From the NCBI GenBank assembly GCA_051871275.1, contig JBJECR010000116.1:6775-70774 (forward strand): 64,000 nucleotides of DNA, written 5' to 3'. How positions within the stretch are numbered: the stretch's first letter is position 1; each line of letters opens with the position of its first letter. Position numbers and translations under genes: made by a program. This DNA comes from Muribaculaceae bacterium (GTDB lineage: Bacteria > Bacteroidota > Bacteroidia > Bacteroidales > Muribaculaceae). This document shows positions 24,872 to 34,975 of this stretch, piece by piece. The notes beneath the pieces were generated by a model. It had not been told where the DNA came from. It was given only the letters and a program-made list of their open reading frames with translations, and did no database searches.

Positions 24872-26677
24872 TTATTTCACTAATTGCGGTAATAAATTAT
24901 ATTTGATAATAGTTTCACTTATATCTTGTGCTTGACGTAACATCGTAGCGGTGCTATCGCTTACTTCACTGTTTGATACAATATCTCCTGCGGAACCCAC
25001 TGCAGCTTTGGGGTGATTTGTTCTAATAGCTGAATACCCTATGCCTTTCCATTTATAATCAGCAAAACCGAGCAAATCCATCAGTGTGGAATACACATCT
25101 ACTTGCCCCATAACTTCCGTAATACGCCCTACTACAGGAGAATTTATTACTATAAACGGCACACATTTACGCTTGCTCACAAGTTCCGGACAATTCTCAT
25201 AAAGTTCTTCTCTATAATCTGCCAGCCCTTCATGGTCACCCATAATCACAAACATTGTACTGTCATAGTCCGGCCTTGATTTCATATACTGCAAAAACAT
25301 GCCAATCGCATTATCGGCGTAATTATATGAATAGCAATAATCGCACAATTTTTCTTTATATTTTTCTCCAAAATCCACTTTGCGAAATTCTTTTCTGAGT
25401 GTAAAAGGCATGTGAGTGGAATAAGTGGCTATTTGCATGTATTTATTACCGCTTTGCGTCCAAAATTCACTATTTCTAATTTTTTCTATTACTTGTTCAA
25501 AGAGGTCGTAATCGCTCAGATGATAGTTATAATCTCGGATTTGCTCTTTGATATCCCAACATGGGCGGCTGAGAATAGAGTCCACCTCAAACATTTTCGC
25601 CAAATGAGAAATATTCCATGTATTTATGGGGTCTCCTGTCAGCATATACGTATAATAGCTATTCTCACTGTGTTTCAGTGTCTGTAAAAGAGAAAAATAA
25701 GTATTATCCAATTTTGTAAAAACATCATCAGACAAAGGGTGAAGCCCTGTAAGAGACAAGAGCTGTGCATCAATAGAACGCCCTGCTCTGACTTGTGAAA
25801 CAACCTCGCTTGCATATAACACCGTGCTATCTTTAAGCACTTCATTTAAACAAGGACTTATCTCCACTCCATTCAGCTTTTCACCAAGCGGCCAACTTTC
25901 AAAGGATTCCAAGATTAAGAAAACCACATTGTTTATATTGACGTCTCTTTTTTTCACAGTTTCTATATATGCAGCATCTACATAATTCTTATTATGCTCT
26001 GCTATAAATGATTTTACGTTTGCAAGTTCTTCTGCTGTCAGCTTTTTTGCTCCTTTTTTGATATCAAAGTATATTTTAGGGAAAATAGTATATGCCACAA
26101 CAGGACAATTTAGCGTATGTCCTGAACTCTCGACTTTCCTTATATCTTTTTCCACTCCGCCAAAACATATCAATGGCAAGAGATAGCATACTGCCAGAAG
26201 AATAACAAATGAAACTGAATATATTTTCACCGACACTTCTTCCGCCTTAACTTTCCATATACTAATGCAATACGCAACTAAAGGAAATGCATGGAAAATA
26301 TCGGAAGTTCTAAAGGAATCATAAATGCTGTCCTTAAACTCCGCCATATTGCTTACAAGGAGATAAGCAGCTCCCGGTATAGCACAAAAATATGTTCTGA
26401 AATACATCAAATTCGCTTCAAGTGCAATATAAACAGCAATAAACAGCAATAACTGAACCCACCTGAAACGAGGCAATAGTACTGAAGGCAAACACAAAAC
26501 TATTGATGCCAGAAATGCGTATAGATATGTCGTTGCCCAAGACATAGGGCGAAAAGTGGTCTGAAAGCACCATAGCACATCAAATGTCAGAAACAAAGCT
26601 AACATACATAGCACTGAAAATACAAAAGATTTTTTCCACAATGATGCCGGAAATAACACTTTGAATACCTTTTTCAT
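24872..26677 (-). CDS. LTA-synthase/sulfatase-family membrane protein (phosphoglycerol or phosphoethanolamine transferase-like).
   Basis: The N-terminal ~170 aa are polytopic membrane segments. An alkaline-phosphatase-superfamily domain follows (VVFLILESFESWP ... FVIMGDHEG). Confidence 0.8.
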   Translation of the reverse strand: MKKVFKVLFPASLWKKSFVFSVLCMLALFLTFDVLWCFQTTFRPMSWATTYLYAFLASIVLCLPSVLLPRFRWVQLLLFIAVYIALEANLMYFRTYFCAIPGAAYLLVSNMAEFKDSIYDSFRTSDIFHAFPLVAYCISIWKVKAEEVSVKIYSVSFVILLAVCYLLPLICFGGVEKDIRKVESSGHTLNCPVVAYTIFPKIYFDIKKGAKKLTAEELANVKSFIAEHNKNYVDAAYIETVKKRDVNINNVVFLILESFESWPLGEKLNGVEISPCLNEVLKDSTVLYASEVVSQVRAGRSIDAQLLSLTGLHPLSDDVFTKLDNTYFSLLQTLKHSENSYYTYMLTGDPINTWNISHLAKMFEVDSILSRPCWDIKEQIRDYNYHLSDYDLFEQVIEKIRNSEFWTQSGNKYMQIATYSTHMPFTLRKEFRKVDFGEKYKEKLCDYCYSYNYADNAIGMFLQYMKSRPDYDSTMFVIMGDHEGLADYREELYENCPELVSKRKCVPFIVINSPVVGRITEVMGQVDVYSTLMDLLGFADYKWKGIGYSAIRTNHPKAAVGSAGDIVSNSEVSDSTATMLRQAQDISETIIKYNLLPQLVK

Positions 26678-26695
26678 TCTTTTCTATATTAAATT

Positions 26696-27994
26696 TTATA
26701 CCAATTTTACCTCATTTATATATGCAAAATATTTGTCAATCAGGTTGCTGAGCGGCAAATCACCTTTTTCATAACGATCCGCATCAAGGGCGAGTATTCT
26801 TTCACGAACACGCCGGCTCCTATATGTGGCTGTCAAAAAATATGATTTACCTTCGTTTTCAATGGAAATATCGGAAAAATCCGCTATTATCAGGCTTGAA
26901 TCACCTCCGTAGCAAATAGAAAATGAAGGACGTTTGGCATCCGGAATATCTACAGTAAGAACGCCTTTCCGAACCAAGTCCTGAATATCACGAAGGGCAG
27001 TATCCACTGAACATTTATTAATATCAGCCCACTTCTTGGAAGTGATTTTTGCCTCATAGCCGTCAAGGAAAATATTCAGGGTGTTTATCTGTCGGGGCGT
27101 CATAGAAATGCCGGAAACCCTAAGCCAAAAAAAACTTTTCCTCAAAACATTGCTGATAAGTGCATTTGATTCGTTAACAGCATTGATAAGCATCTTTATG
27201 TACCATACCAGCCACTCCGTAATGTCGCCGTCACCGTGCTGTGTTCGTTCCAAAACGTCGTAATAGTGATTTTTATCTTTGTTTATCTCAGACGACATAT
27301 TGTAAAACCTGAATTTGCTCTTATCGCCTCTTGCCAGACAAATATCTCCAAGGATTCGAGCAAGTCTGCCATTGCCATCTTCAAAGGGATGAATGGAAAC
27401 AAACCAAAAGTGTGCTATTGCCGAGCGGATTACGGACGGCACGGATTTTTCCGAATTAAACCACTCTATAAACAGTGCCATCTCCTGCTCCACTCTTTCC
27501 GGTGACGGTGCTATATAATGAATACGCTCTTTACCGAAATATCCGGATACAATGTATTCCTCATGTGTGCGATATTGCCCTACCTCAATTTCTCTGCCCT
27601 CACTGAATCCATTTGAAAAAAAAGCAGATTGCCAACCACAAAGTTTTTCTTTTGTCAATGGCATATCATAGTGCTCCATCGCTTCAAGCATCACCGTGAC
27701 AATGGCATCAACATAGTGCGACGGTGTCTTTTTGCTTTCGTATCTCATACCGAGTTTGCGTGCAATGGATGAGCGAACTTCTTCCACATTCAGTTTCACT
27801 CCTTCTATTTCCGATGAATACACCACATCGCTTATCAAATTTTCCGCCGTGGCTAAAATCTGATTCTCAAATCCCAGGTCACTAAGCCTGCCATACAATT
27901 TTCCCTGAAGACGCACTGCCTCTTCAAGCAACAATGTCACTTGCTTATCGTCCCACCGGAAATTTGTCCAATTTGTATGCTCGTGTATATACAT
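26696..27994 (-). CDS. Fic-family protein (AMPylase-type) with a DUF4172-like N-terminus and a C-terminal wHTH extension.
   Basis: Fic motif HPFEDGNGRLARIL. The N-terminus MYIHEHTNWTNFRWDD is typical of Fic N-terminal domains. The start was moved to ATG 27994 because the upstream 41 codons of the ORF-track entry translate a repeat region. Confidence 0.88.
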   Translation of the reverse strand: MYIHEHTNWTNFRWDDKQVTLLLEEAVRLQGKLYGRLSDLGFENQILATAENLISDVVYSSEIEGVKLNVEEVRSSIARKLGMRYESKKTPSHYVDAIVTVMLEAMEHYDMPLTKEKLCGWQSAFFSNGFSEGREIEVGQYRTHEEYIVSGYFGKERIHYIAPSPERVEQEMALFIEWFNSEKSVPSVIRSAIAHFWFVSIHPFEDGNGRLARILGDICLARGDKSKFRFYNMSSEINKDKNHYYDVLERTQHGDGDITEWLVWYIKMLINAVNESNALISNVLRKSFFWLRVSGISMTPRQINTLNIFLDGYEAKITSKKWADINKCSVDTALRDIQDLVRKGVLTVDIPDAKRPSFSICYGGDSSLIIADFSDISIENEGKSYFLTATYRSRRVRERILALDADRYEKGDLPLSNLIDKYFAYINEVKLV

Positions 27995-28010
27995 AGTTTG
28001 TGTATTGGGG

Positions 28011-28144
28011 AAATAATACCGCAGATTTTGCGGCAAATTTAGGTAAAAAATACCGCAAAACAAACTTTTTTGCTTAAAAATGGCTGATTTTAGACTTTTT
28101 GCGGTGTTTTCAGGCAAATAATGCCGCAGATTTTGCGGTGTTTT
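28011..28144. repeat. Repeated hairpin-containing units between recQ and fic.
   Basis: aaataataccgcagattttgcgg (28011-28033) and aaataatgccgcagattttgcgg (28116-28138). Each holds the inverted repeat CCGCA-gattt-TGCGG. ttttgcggtgtttt is also duplicated (28097-28110, 28131-28144). Confidence 0.6.
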
Positions 28145-28176
28145 GCTTGCGAATTTGGGATATTGGACTAATTGGT

Positions 28177-30129
28177 CTAATTGGACTTATTAGTTAAGAT
28201 TATGCCTGAAATTTTGATTTTACCTTCATCTGCAAGGCGGCGGAGAGCCTCAATTGTGGCTTCACGCTCTTTCTCGGAGGCGACACCAAGGAGAGAAAGA
28301 AGTTCCGGCAGCGAAATTTGACTTCGCTCGGAAAGAATAGTCGCCACTTGTGAGAAAAGAGAGGATTGCTGTACCTTTGGAGCAGACACCTGCCCTTTTA
28401 TTTCTTTGACTGTGCGGCAATAATCACATTTGCCACATGGCTCCGTTTTCTGCCCGAAATATTCCAGCATAATCTCAACTCGGCAACGGCCATGCGAAAA
28501 GGCAAAACGCTTTATGGATTCTATCCGCTCCTTCATTTGGTTCATTCTGTCCTCATACACCGTCAGGGGAATGGAAACGTATTTTTCTTCCTCGCGTGCA
28601 GTGGTGAAAAGGATGTATGGACAAGTGCGACGCGGCACATAGTGGAGCACGTGCATACGAGAGAGAAGAAGCAATGCCTGATAAACTTGCTCTTGCGTCA
28701 TTTTCAGGCGGTTTGCTATAGATGCTTCGCTGATATAGACATAGTCTGCAAACAATCCTGCACACGTTCTGAGCAATGCCATGAGGACGCGATCCGCATC
28801 ATCTGGCAAATCCAGGGAATACAGGTCCTCACGCGTCATTATCATCATCACTCTTGCCTGAGAGGCGGTATCCTCGTTGTACTCCAAGTAGCCGGACTGA
28901 GTGAGAATGGTGAGTGCACGTTGCACGGGTGCTTGCTTGAGATTGTTTATTCGGCAAAACTCACGGATGTCAAATTCATAAAGGCTCAAATAGCCTGAGC
29001 CAACCGCCACATTGAGAAATACGGATACAAGGGTGTAAATGCGGCGAATAAAATCTTTGTCCGTGTAAGACTCCGATATTCTGCGGGAAAGTGTGCTACG
29101 GTCGTAATTATTAGTAAGCATCACGGCAAAGGACGGTTTGCCGTCACGTCCTGCACGTCCCGCCTCCTGGTAGTATTCCTCCAGCGAAGAAGGGATATCG
29201 TAGTGCAAAACTATTCTCACGTCAGGCTTGTCAATACCCATACCGAAAGCCGTTGTGGCAACAATAATACGTGTTTCACCGCTTTTCCACTTGTTTTGCC
29301 GTTCGTTTTTCTCTTCCGGTGAAAGTCCTGCATGGTATGCTTCAGCGGAAATCCCCTCATTCACAAGTGCTTCCGCCAGTTCTGACGTACGTTTTCTGGA
29401 GCGGACATAGACAATACCCGTGCCTTGCACATTATTTAATATGTGGCACATTTGTGCAATTTTGTCTGTGGTGTTGCGTACGATATAGGAAATGTTTTGT
29501 CTCTCGAAACTGAGTGTAAACCGCTGTGCACCCTCTTTGAAGTTCAGTTTGGCACAAATATCGTCTGCCACGGCTTTTGTGGCGGAAGCGGTGAGTGCAA
29601 TCACGGGGGCTTCCGGAAAAAGTTTACGCAACGAACTGATTTTGAGGTAAGAAGGACGGAAATCATAGCCCCACTGAGAAATGCAGTGAGCCTCGTCAAC
29701 CACTATCAGCCTCACGTCAAACATACGCATAGTGTATTCCCACGTGGTGGATTGCAATTTTTCCGGTGAGACGTAGAGGAGTTTTACTTTTCCGTAGCGA
29801 CACTTGTCAATAGCAAGGTCCGCCTCACGTTTTGAAAGTCCGGAGTGAATAAAAGTGGCAGGAATATCTTTTGCACGGAGGTTGTCCACCTGGTCCTTCA
29901 TAAGCGAAATAAGTGGCGTCACCACCACAGTAATGCCGCCCAAAATAAGTGCCGGAACCTGAAAAGTGATGGATTTTCCGCCACCCGTGGGCATAAGTGC
30001 AAGAGTGTCACAGCCGGAAAGCACGGAGGATATGATATCTTCCTGCATAGGGCGGAAAGAATCATATCCCCAGTAGTCTTTAAGTACTTGTAGAGGAGAA
30101 CAATCTTGTGAGGAGTGTTTTCTCGGCAT
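28177..30129 (-). CDS. recQ: ATP-dependent DNA helicase RecQ.
   Basis: PTGGGKS, VVDEAHCISQWGYDFRPSY, ATTAFGMGIDKPDVR, QEAGRAGRDG, and the Zn-binding CGKCDYC. Confidence 0.95.
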   Translation of the reverse strand: MPRKHSSQDCSPLQVLKDYWGYDSFRPMQEDIISSVLSGCDTLALMPTGGGKSITFQVPALILGGITVVVTPLISLMKDQVDNLRAKDIPATFIHSGLSKREADLAIDKCRYGKVKLLYVSPEKLQSTTWEYTMRMFDVRLIVVDEAHCISQWGYDFRPSYLKISSLRKLFPEAPVIALTASATKAVADDICAKLNFKEGAQRFTLSFERQNISYIVRNTTDKIAQMCHILNNVQGTGIVYVRSRKRTSELAEALVNEGISAEAYHAGLSPEEKNERQNKWKSGETRIIVATTAFGMGIDKPDVRIVLHYDIPSSLEEYYQEAGRAGRDGKPSFAVMLTNNYDRSTLSRRISESYTDKDFIRRIYTLVSVFLNVAVGSGYLSLYEFDIREFCRINNLKQAPVQRALTILTQSGYLEYNEDTASQARVMMIMTREDLYSLDLPDDADRVLMALLRTCAGLFADYVYISEASIANRLKMTQEQVYQALLLLSRMHVLHYVPRRTCPYILFTTAREEEKYVSIPLTVYEDRMNQMKERIESIKRFAFSHGRCRVEIMLEYFGQKTEPCGKCDYCRTVKEIKGQVSAPKVQQSSLFSQVATILSERSQISLPELLSLLGVASEKEREATIEALRRLADEGKIKISGIILTNKSN

Positions 30130-31853
30130 TATTTCACCCTTATCTCCTTAACAAGCAACTGAATGGAATTTACAATGCCGTGATGACGGTTTTCCTCAAT
30201 AGTGAAGCAGATGTCAAACGGCTTTTGAGAGTGAATATGGTCGAAATACTGCGCACTGTTAAAGGCAATACCGTTAAACACCTTTCCACAAGTATCGTCA
30301 ACCAATTCCAGTTTCACATGTTCCAGATTGCGTCCCACAAGTTTACTTGTGCCAAAGTCTATTACGCCTTTTGTGCAGAACACGGGCTTGTTGTTTCCCG
30401 GACCGAAGGGATTAAACTTATGGAGAACGGAGATAAATTCCGGTGTGATGTCCGCAAAATTGATGTTTGTGTCTATGTCTATTTGCGGGCGAAGCTGTGA
30501 GGGAAGAATGTTTGCAGACACGTATTCCTCAAAACGGCGAGTAAATTCCGGTATATTTTCTTCCTTGAGCGAAAGACCCACAGCATAGGGGTGTCCGCCA
30601 AAGTTTTCCAGCAAATCGCGAGCGGAATCCACAGCCTTGTAAATGTCAAAACCTTGCACGGAACGTGAAGAACCTGTTGCAAGACCGTCGGAAAGCGTGA
30701 GCACCACGGAGGGCTTGTAATAGAGTTCCGTAAGGCGTGATGCCACGATGCCTATAATACCCTTGTGCCAGTCTTTATTATAAATTACAATAGACTTTTT
30801 GTCGGAATCTTTTTCTCCGCGAGATTCAAGGATGGCATTAGCCTCGTCTGTGATACGCTTGTCAAGTTCTTTGCGGTCCTTGTTGTACTGGTCTATATTC
30901 TTGCCTTTTTCGTAAGCCTCTGCAATATCGCGAGACACGAGGAGTTCCACAGCCTCACTACCGCTCTGCATACGTCCGGAAGCATTTATTCTGGGACCGA
31001 TTTTGAAAATCAGGTCGCTCACAGTAATTTCCTTTCCTCCGAGTTGGCAAATCTTGGCAATTGCACGCAGACCCACGTTTGGATTTGAATTAAGTCTCTT
31101 CAATCCATAGTAAGTCATAATTCTGTTTTCGTCTATCATAGGCACTATGTCTGCCGCAATGCTGACAGCCACCAGATCCAACATTCCCTCCAGGTCCGTT
31201 TGGCTGATGCCGTTACTGATAGAAAACGCTTGCATAAACTTATACCCTACTCCACAGCCGGAAAGTTCGTGGAAAGGATACGGACTGCCTTCAATTTTAG
31301 GATTCAGAATTGCACAAGCTTTTGGGAGTTGCTCGTCAGGCACATGGTGGTCGCAGATAATAAAATCAATACCTTTTGAGCGAGCATATTCCACCTCCTC
31401 GTTAGCCTTGATACCACAGTCAAGTATTATCACAAGTTTTACTCCTTGCTCGGCAAATTCGTCAATAGCACGGAGCGATACGCCATATCCCTCATCATAT
31501 CTTGTGGGGATATAAAAATCAATGTTGGAATAATAGATACGGAGGTACTTATACACGAGTGCCACGGCAGTGGTGCCGTCAACATCGTAGTCGCCGAATA
31601 CCATTATTCTCTCCTTAGACCCCATAGCACGGTTGAGCCTAGTCACGGCTTTATCCATGTCGGGCATTAGGAACGGGTCATGCAAATCAGACAAGGAAGG
31701 ACGGAAAAATTTTTCCGCTTCGCTTATCGTCTTTATCCCACGCTGCACTAATAGCTCACCGACGGGCGGACAGGAAGCATAGCGTTCTGCTAACGCCGCC
31801 TCCGCTTTTTGCTCTTCTGTAGAAAGGGGTAAATAGTTCCATTTCTTGGTCAT
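30129..31853 (-). CDS. recJ: Single-stranded-DNA-specific exonuclease RecJ.
   Basis: DHH-family motifs DYDVDGTT, ILDCG and ICDHH, plus DHHA1 GGHPYAVG. The stop TAA overlaps the recQ ATG by 1 nt (TAATG). Confidence 0.95.
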   Translation of the reverse strand: MTKKWNYLPLSTEEQKAEAALAERYASCPPVGELLVQRGIKTISEAEKFFRPSLSDLHDPFLMPDMDKAVTRLNRAMGSKERIMVFGDYDVDGTTAVALVYKYLRIYYSNIDFYIPTRYDEGYGVSLRAIDEFAEQGVKLVIILDCGIKANEEVEYARSKGIDFIICDHHVPDEQLPKACAILNPKIEGSPYPFHELSGCGVGYKFMQAFSISNGISQTDLEGMLDLVAVSIAADIVPMIDENRIMTYYGLKRLNSNPNVGLRAIAKICQLGGKEITVSDLIFKIGPRINASGRMQSGSEAVELLVSRDIAEAYEKGKNIDQYNKDRKELDKRITDEANAILESRGEKDSDKKSIVIYNKDWHKGIIGIVASRLTELYYKPSVVLTLSDGLATGSSRSVQGFDIYKAVDSARDLLENFGGHPYAVGLSLKEENIPEFTRRFEEYVSANILPSQLRPQIDIDTNINFADITPEFISVLHKFNPFGPGNNKPVFCTKGVIDFGTSKLVGRNLEHVKLELVDDTCGKVFNGIAFNSAQYFDHIHSQKPFDICFTIEENRHHGIVNSIQLLVKEIRVK

Positions 31854-32151
31854 TTATGTTGTTTTTTTTTATTATCAAAGGGAGGCACGCACAAATGGTA
31901 TTAGCAGGCTTTCACCTGTCAGCGTGAGGAGAGGGAAATATGTCATATATATGTTTACGCAGTGCTTTAATTATGCTAAAACACTGGTATATAACACTTT
32001 ATGCGGCATAGGCTTTCCGGTTTATAAGGAGAGACAGAATCAGCCTTTTGCACCGCTATTCTTTAATTTGCAAAATTAGCAATTTTTTTTGGCTCTACAG
32101 TAATACATTATGCTAAATAATCAAAAAAAATTTCGGACATATATAAAATGA

Positions 32152-32183
32152 AGGCAGGCCGGGAGAATATTTCCTGACCTGCC
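32152..32183 (-). terminator. Candidate terminator hairpin downstream of the T9SS cargo gene.
   Basis: aggcagg (32152-32158) pairs with cctgcct (32177-32183). T-rich sequence follows on both strands. It lies ~50 nt beyond the stop at 32236. Confidence 0.4.
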
Positions 32184-32235
32184 TTTTATTATGCAAGCAA
32201 AAACTATCGTAAGTTTTGCTGATTATTTTGCTGAA

Positions 32236-34620
32236 TTAGCGGGCAATTTTAGCTGTGGCAATTCCGTTTGCAGTGCGAGCTGTAACAACGTAAATGCCTG
32301 TTGTGAGATTGCTGATATTGAGTGAAGAGCCCTGAGCAGCGGCAACAATGCGTCCGCTCATGTCTGTCACTGTGATAGCAGCATCTTCACTTACACGGAT
32401 AACGTTTCCGCTTACTGCGATAGCAGCATCACTGTCAGCTTTTACGGATTCCACACCACCTGTAACAAGTGAACAGCCATAGAACTGAAGATTGTCAAGT
32501 ACGAGAGCATCACCCGGCTTGGAAATCATACGGATTTGAATTTGAACTTCCGTTCCTTTATAACTTCCAAGGTTTACACCACGGTATTGGCGATTTGTGC
32601 CTTCAAGTAAAACTTCTGAAAGTTTATCATAAGTTGAGCCCCATGTCGGGTCTTCGTAGAGAACACGAATCTGATAAGATTCAAAGAAATACGGACTGAT
32701 AGAACCTGCATTCCAAACAAAGCAAGCATCGTCTGCTTCCACACTTACTGCCGGGAGAATACAAGAACGGTCAAGTTCTTCCACTCCGTCAACCCAAGAT
32801 GAACCTGCAAACATTTTGGTGCCAAAGTATTCGTGTTCACCGATGTTTACGAGACCCCAACCGGTTTCGCCAAATTCTTCAACAGCACTTGAATTCAGTG
32901 TACCTTCATCTTCTACTATATATGTAAATTTTTCAGGAACCACACCGTCTTCAAAGTCGTATTCAATATCCGGATTGCCAAGAATGCGGAATGTTCTTGA
33001 TAAAGTGTTGTTATCCGGATTCTTATCACCGTCACAAGCAATAGAGATTTCTACAGTGTGTTCACCGGGAGCAAGGTCTGCGAGAAGACCATCAATAGAA
33101 ATTTCTCTTTCTTCCTGTGCTGCAAAATTCACAGTCATTGCAGGTTTGCTTGCGTCATCAACCTTTATTGTAACAGAAGTGCTTTGATTTGAAATACCAA
33201 GGTTTTTAGCTGTGAAAGTCACTTTCTGCGAAGACTTTATAGGAAGATAGTCTGTAGGGTTTATCAAAGTGAGAGCGGCAACATCAACGTCTGTGCTTTC
33301 AACACGTTCAAAGCTGAGGTCGTCGATAGTAATCCAGTTTTCATCTTTGTCTGAGAATGCATAGAAGCCGAAATATACAGTTTGAGCCTTATCAAATTTT
33401 ATGATATTGATAGATTCCTCGTATGCACTGCGAGCGAAAGGAGCATATTCCACAACCTTGTTTGTCATAGCTTCCGGATCGCAAGCATTGCCATAATATA
33501 CAGCAAGTTTTTCCGGGTGACTGTCATCGCCGGAATACCAGAATTTGAGTGCATAATATCCCGGTTCAACCTTTATAGGCTCAAGGATAAACCAGTCGTC
33601 GGCATTATTGTTTTTATCGTAGTTGTAACCAAGGAAACCGACACCTGTGCGAGCCATAGAGAACCACATAGAACCCACACCAATTTCCCAGTCACCGTCA
33701 TCTTCATTGAGGTTGAAAGATTTACATTCGTCAAGGTATTCACCCGGTTCAAAACCAGTGAAATACGGAACAGTTGCTTCAGCAATGTGGCGTACGGATG
33801 TTGATGCCGTGTTATTTGATGCTTCAATATCGTTTGCCACTTCCACTGTAACAGACACGTTGTAGAGTTCTCTCGGTGTTGAAAGGTCTGCTTTTGCATT
33901 AAATGTGTATTCTTTGCTTTCACCTGCTTTCAACTGTTCATTAACAGTCTCTGTAGCAACATTTTCACCATTTACGGCAAACGAGAGAGAGTATGAATCC
34001 ACATCATCTATACCAACATTTTCAACTTTTACGGTTACCGCTTCTTCTGCAAGATTTTTTCCTGAAATCGGTGACAAAATTTCAGTAACTGCAAGGTCTG
34101 CAATAGAACTTGCATCTTCAATGCTGAAAGAATTGATATACAAACGCCAGCGGTCCGGCTCGGAAATAGCATGAACGCCAAAACGATATTCTTGTCCCGC
34201 ATTCAATTCCAATATGGTATAAAAGCCATATAATTTATCTTCCAAGTCTTTGTGCGAACCCAACACTGTTGTCATTGAAGCAACGTCTGTGGAAGTACCC
34301 AGGCATAATTCCGCTGCTTCCTTGTAATAACTACCTTTGAAACCATAGCGGACAAGATAACGTCCACTTGCCGTAGGAACAAAAGCGGGTGATATCAACC
34401 AGTCATCAGCTTGATTTGAGGAGTCATAAGAATAATATACACGCAAGCCTTCATCGTTATCTGCAGAATATCCCCACGTCTTACCATCATTGTTTGCGTC
34501 AACAACAGTCCAGCTTGCAAAACCTTCCTCTGTGTTGAAATCTGCTGTGTAAAAAGCTTCACCGGCATTCGCAACTGTCGCAACAGCCAATGCCACTAAA
34601 TAAGTAAAAAATTTCTTCAT
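32236..34620 (-). CDS. Secreted T9SS cargo protein with two choice-of-anchor-J-like domains and a C-terminal Por/T9SS sorting domain.
   Basis: Signal peptide MKKFFTYLVALAVATVANA. ADDWLISPAF and ADDWFILEPI motifs. The C-terminus ...TDMSGRIVAAAQGSSLNISNLTTGIYVVTARTANGIATAKIAR fits the T9SS CTD pattern. Confidence 0.8.
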   Translation of the reverse strand: MKKFFTYLVALAVATVANAGEAFYTADFNTEEGFASWTVVDANNDGKTWGYSADNDEGLRVYYSYDSSNQADDWLISPAFVPTASGRYLVRYGFKGSYYKEAAELCLGTSTDVASMTTVLGSHKDLEDKLYGFYTILELNAGQEYRFGVHAISEPDRWRLYINSFSIEDASSIADLAVTEILSPISGKNLAEEAVTVKVENVGIDDVDSYSLSFAVNGENVATETVNEQLKAGESKEYTFNAKADLSTPRELYNVSVTVEVANDIEASNNTASTSVRHIAEATVPYFTGFEPGEYLDECKSFNLNEDDGDWEIGVGSMWFSMARTGVGFLGYNYDKNNNADDWFILEPIKVEPGYYALKFWYSGDDSHPEKLAVYYGNACDPEAMTNKVVEYAPFARSAYEESINIIKFDKAQTVYFGFYAFSDKDENWITIDDLSFERVESTDVDVAALTLINPTDYLPIKSSQKVTFTAKNLGISNQSTSVTIKVDDASKPAMTVNFAAQEEREISIDGLLADLAPGEHTVEISIACDGDKNPDNNTLSRTFRILGNPDIEYDFEDGVVPEKFTYIVEDEGTLNSSAVEEFGETGWGLVNIGEHEYFGTKMFAGSSWVDGVEELDRSCILPAVSVEADDACFVWNAGSISPYFFESYQIRVLYEDPTWGSTYDKLSEVLLEGTNRQYRGVNLGSYKGTEVQIQIRMISKPGDALVLDNLQFYGCSLVTGGVESVKADSDAAIAVSGNVIRVSEDAAITVTDMSGRIVAAAQGSSLNISNLTTGIYVVTARTANGIATAKIAR

Positions 34621-34659
34621 AAGGTTATGATTTTTGTTAATAATAAATTAATTTGGGCG

Positions 34660-34667
34660 CAAAATTA
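34660..34667 (-). promoter_or_regulatory. Candidate -7 promoter box (TAATTTTG) for the T9SS cargo gene.
   Basis: The plus strand reads caaaatta, so the minus strand reads TAATTTTG (TAnnTTTG). It lies ~40 nt upstream of the ATG at 34620. Confidence 0.35.
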
Positions 34668-34736
34668 GTAAAAATAATTCTTTTTATGCTATTTTTTTGA
34701 ATTTTACGATGAAATTTGGTTCTTGAAAATTGTCTA

Positions 34737-34772
34737 TTTGAAATTTACTGCAAATTTGCAGTAAATTTCAAA
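34737..34772. repeat. Perfect 36-bp palindrome.
   Basis: tttgaaatttactgcaaa / tttgcagtaaatttcaaa. The two 18-nt halves are exact reverse complements with no spacer. It lies ~200 nt upstream of the ATPase gene at 34976. Confidence 0.9.
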
Positions 34773-34834
34773 TGGGATTTTGCCTCAGAATTTTTCTTGA
34801 TGAGGAATGAGCGAAAGTGCGGAGAAAACGAGGA

Positions 34835-34933
34835 AAATGGAATAAGTGGGTGTTTTTATGCCATAAAAATCGGAATAAGTGGCTTAAAATGGTATTAAAA
34901 AAACGGAATAAGTCATTTTTTTCTTGGAAAAAT
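34835..34933 (+). repeat. Three direct repeats with 33-nt periodicity, core (C)GGAATAAGT.
   Basis: GGAATAAGT(G/C) occurs at 34839, 34872 and 34905, between the palindrome and the ATPase ATG (34976). Confidence 0.7.
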
Positions 34934-34975
34934 GAGATTTTTAATATAGTTTTGCAGTAAAATTAAAGGATAGCT

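Noticed and set aside
27995-28117. The N-terminal 41 codons of the ORF-track Fic entry (PENTAKSLKSAIFKQKSLFCGIFYLNLPQNLRYYFPNTQT).
   Set aside because: This segment translates the intergenic hairpin and repeat units. The Fic N-terminal domain begins at MYIHEHTNWTNFRWDD, so the start was reassigned to 27994.
30127-30131. The recJ stop and recQ start overlap (TAATG).
   Set aside because: This is ordinary translational coupling of two functionally related repair genes.
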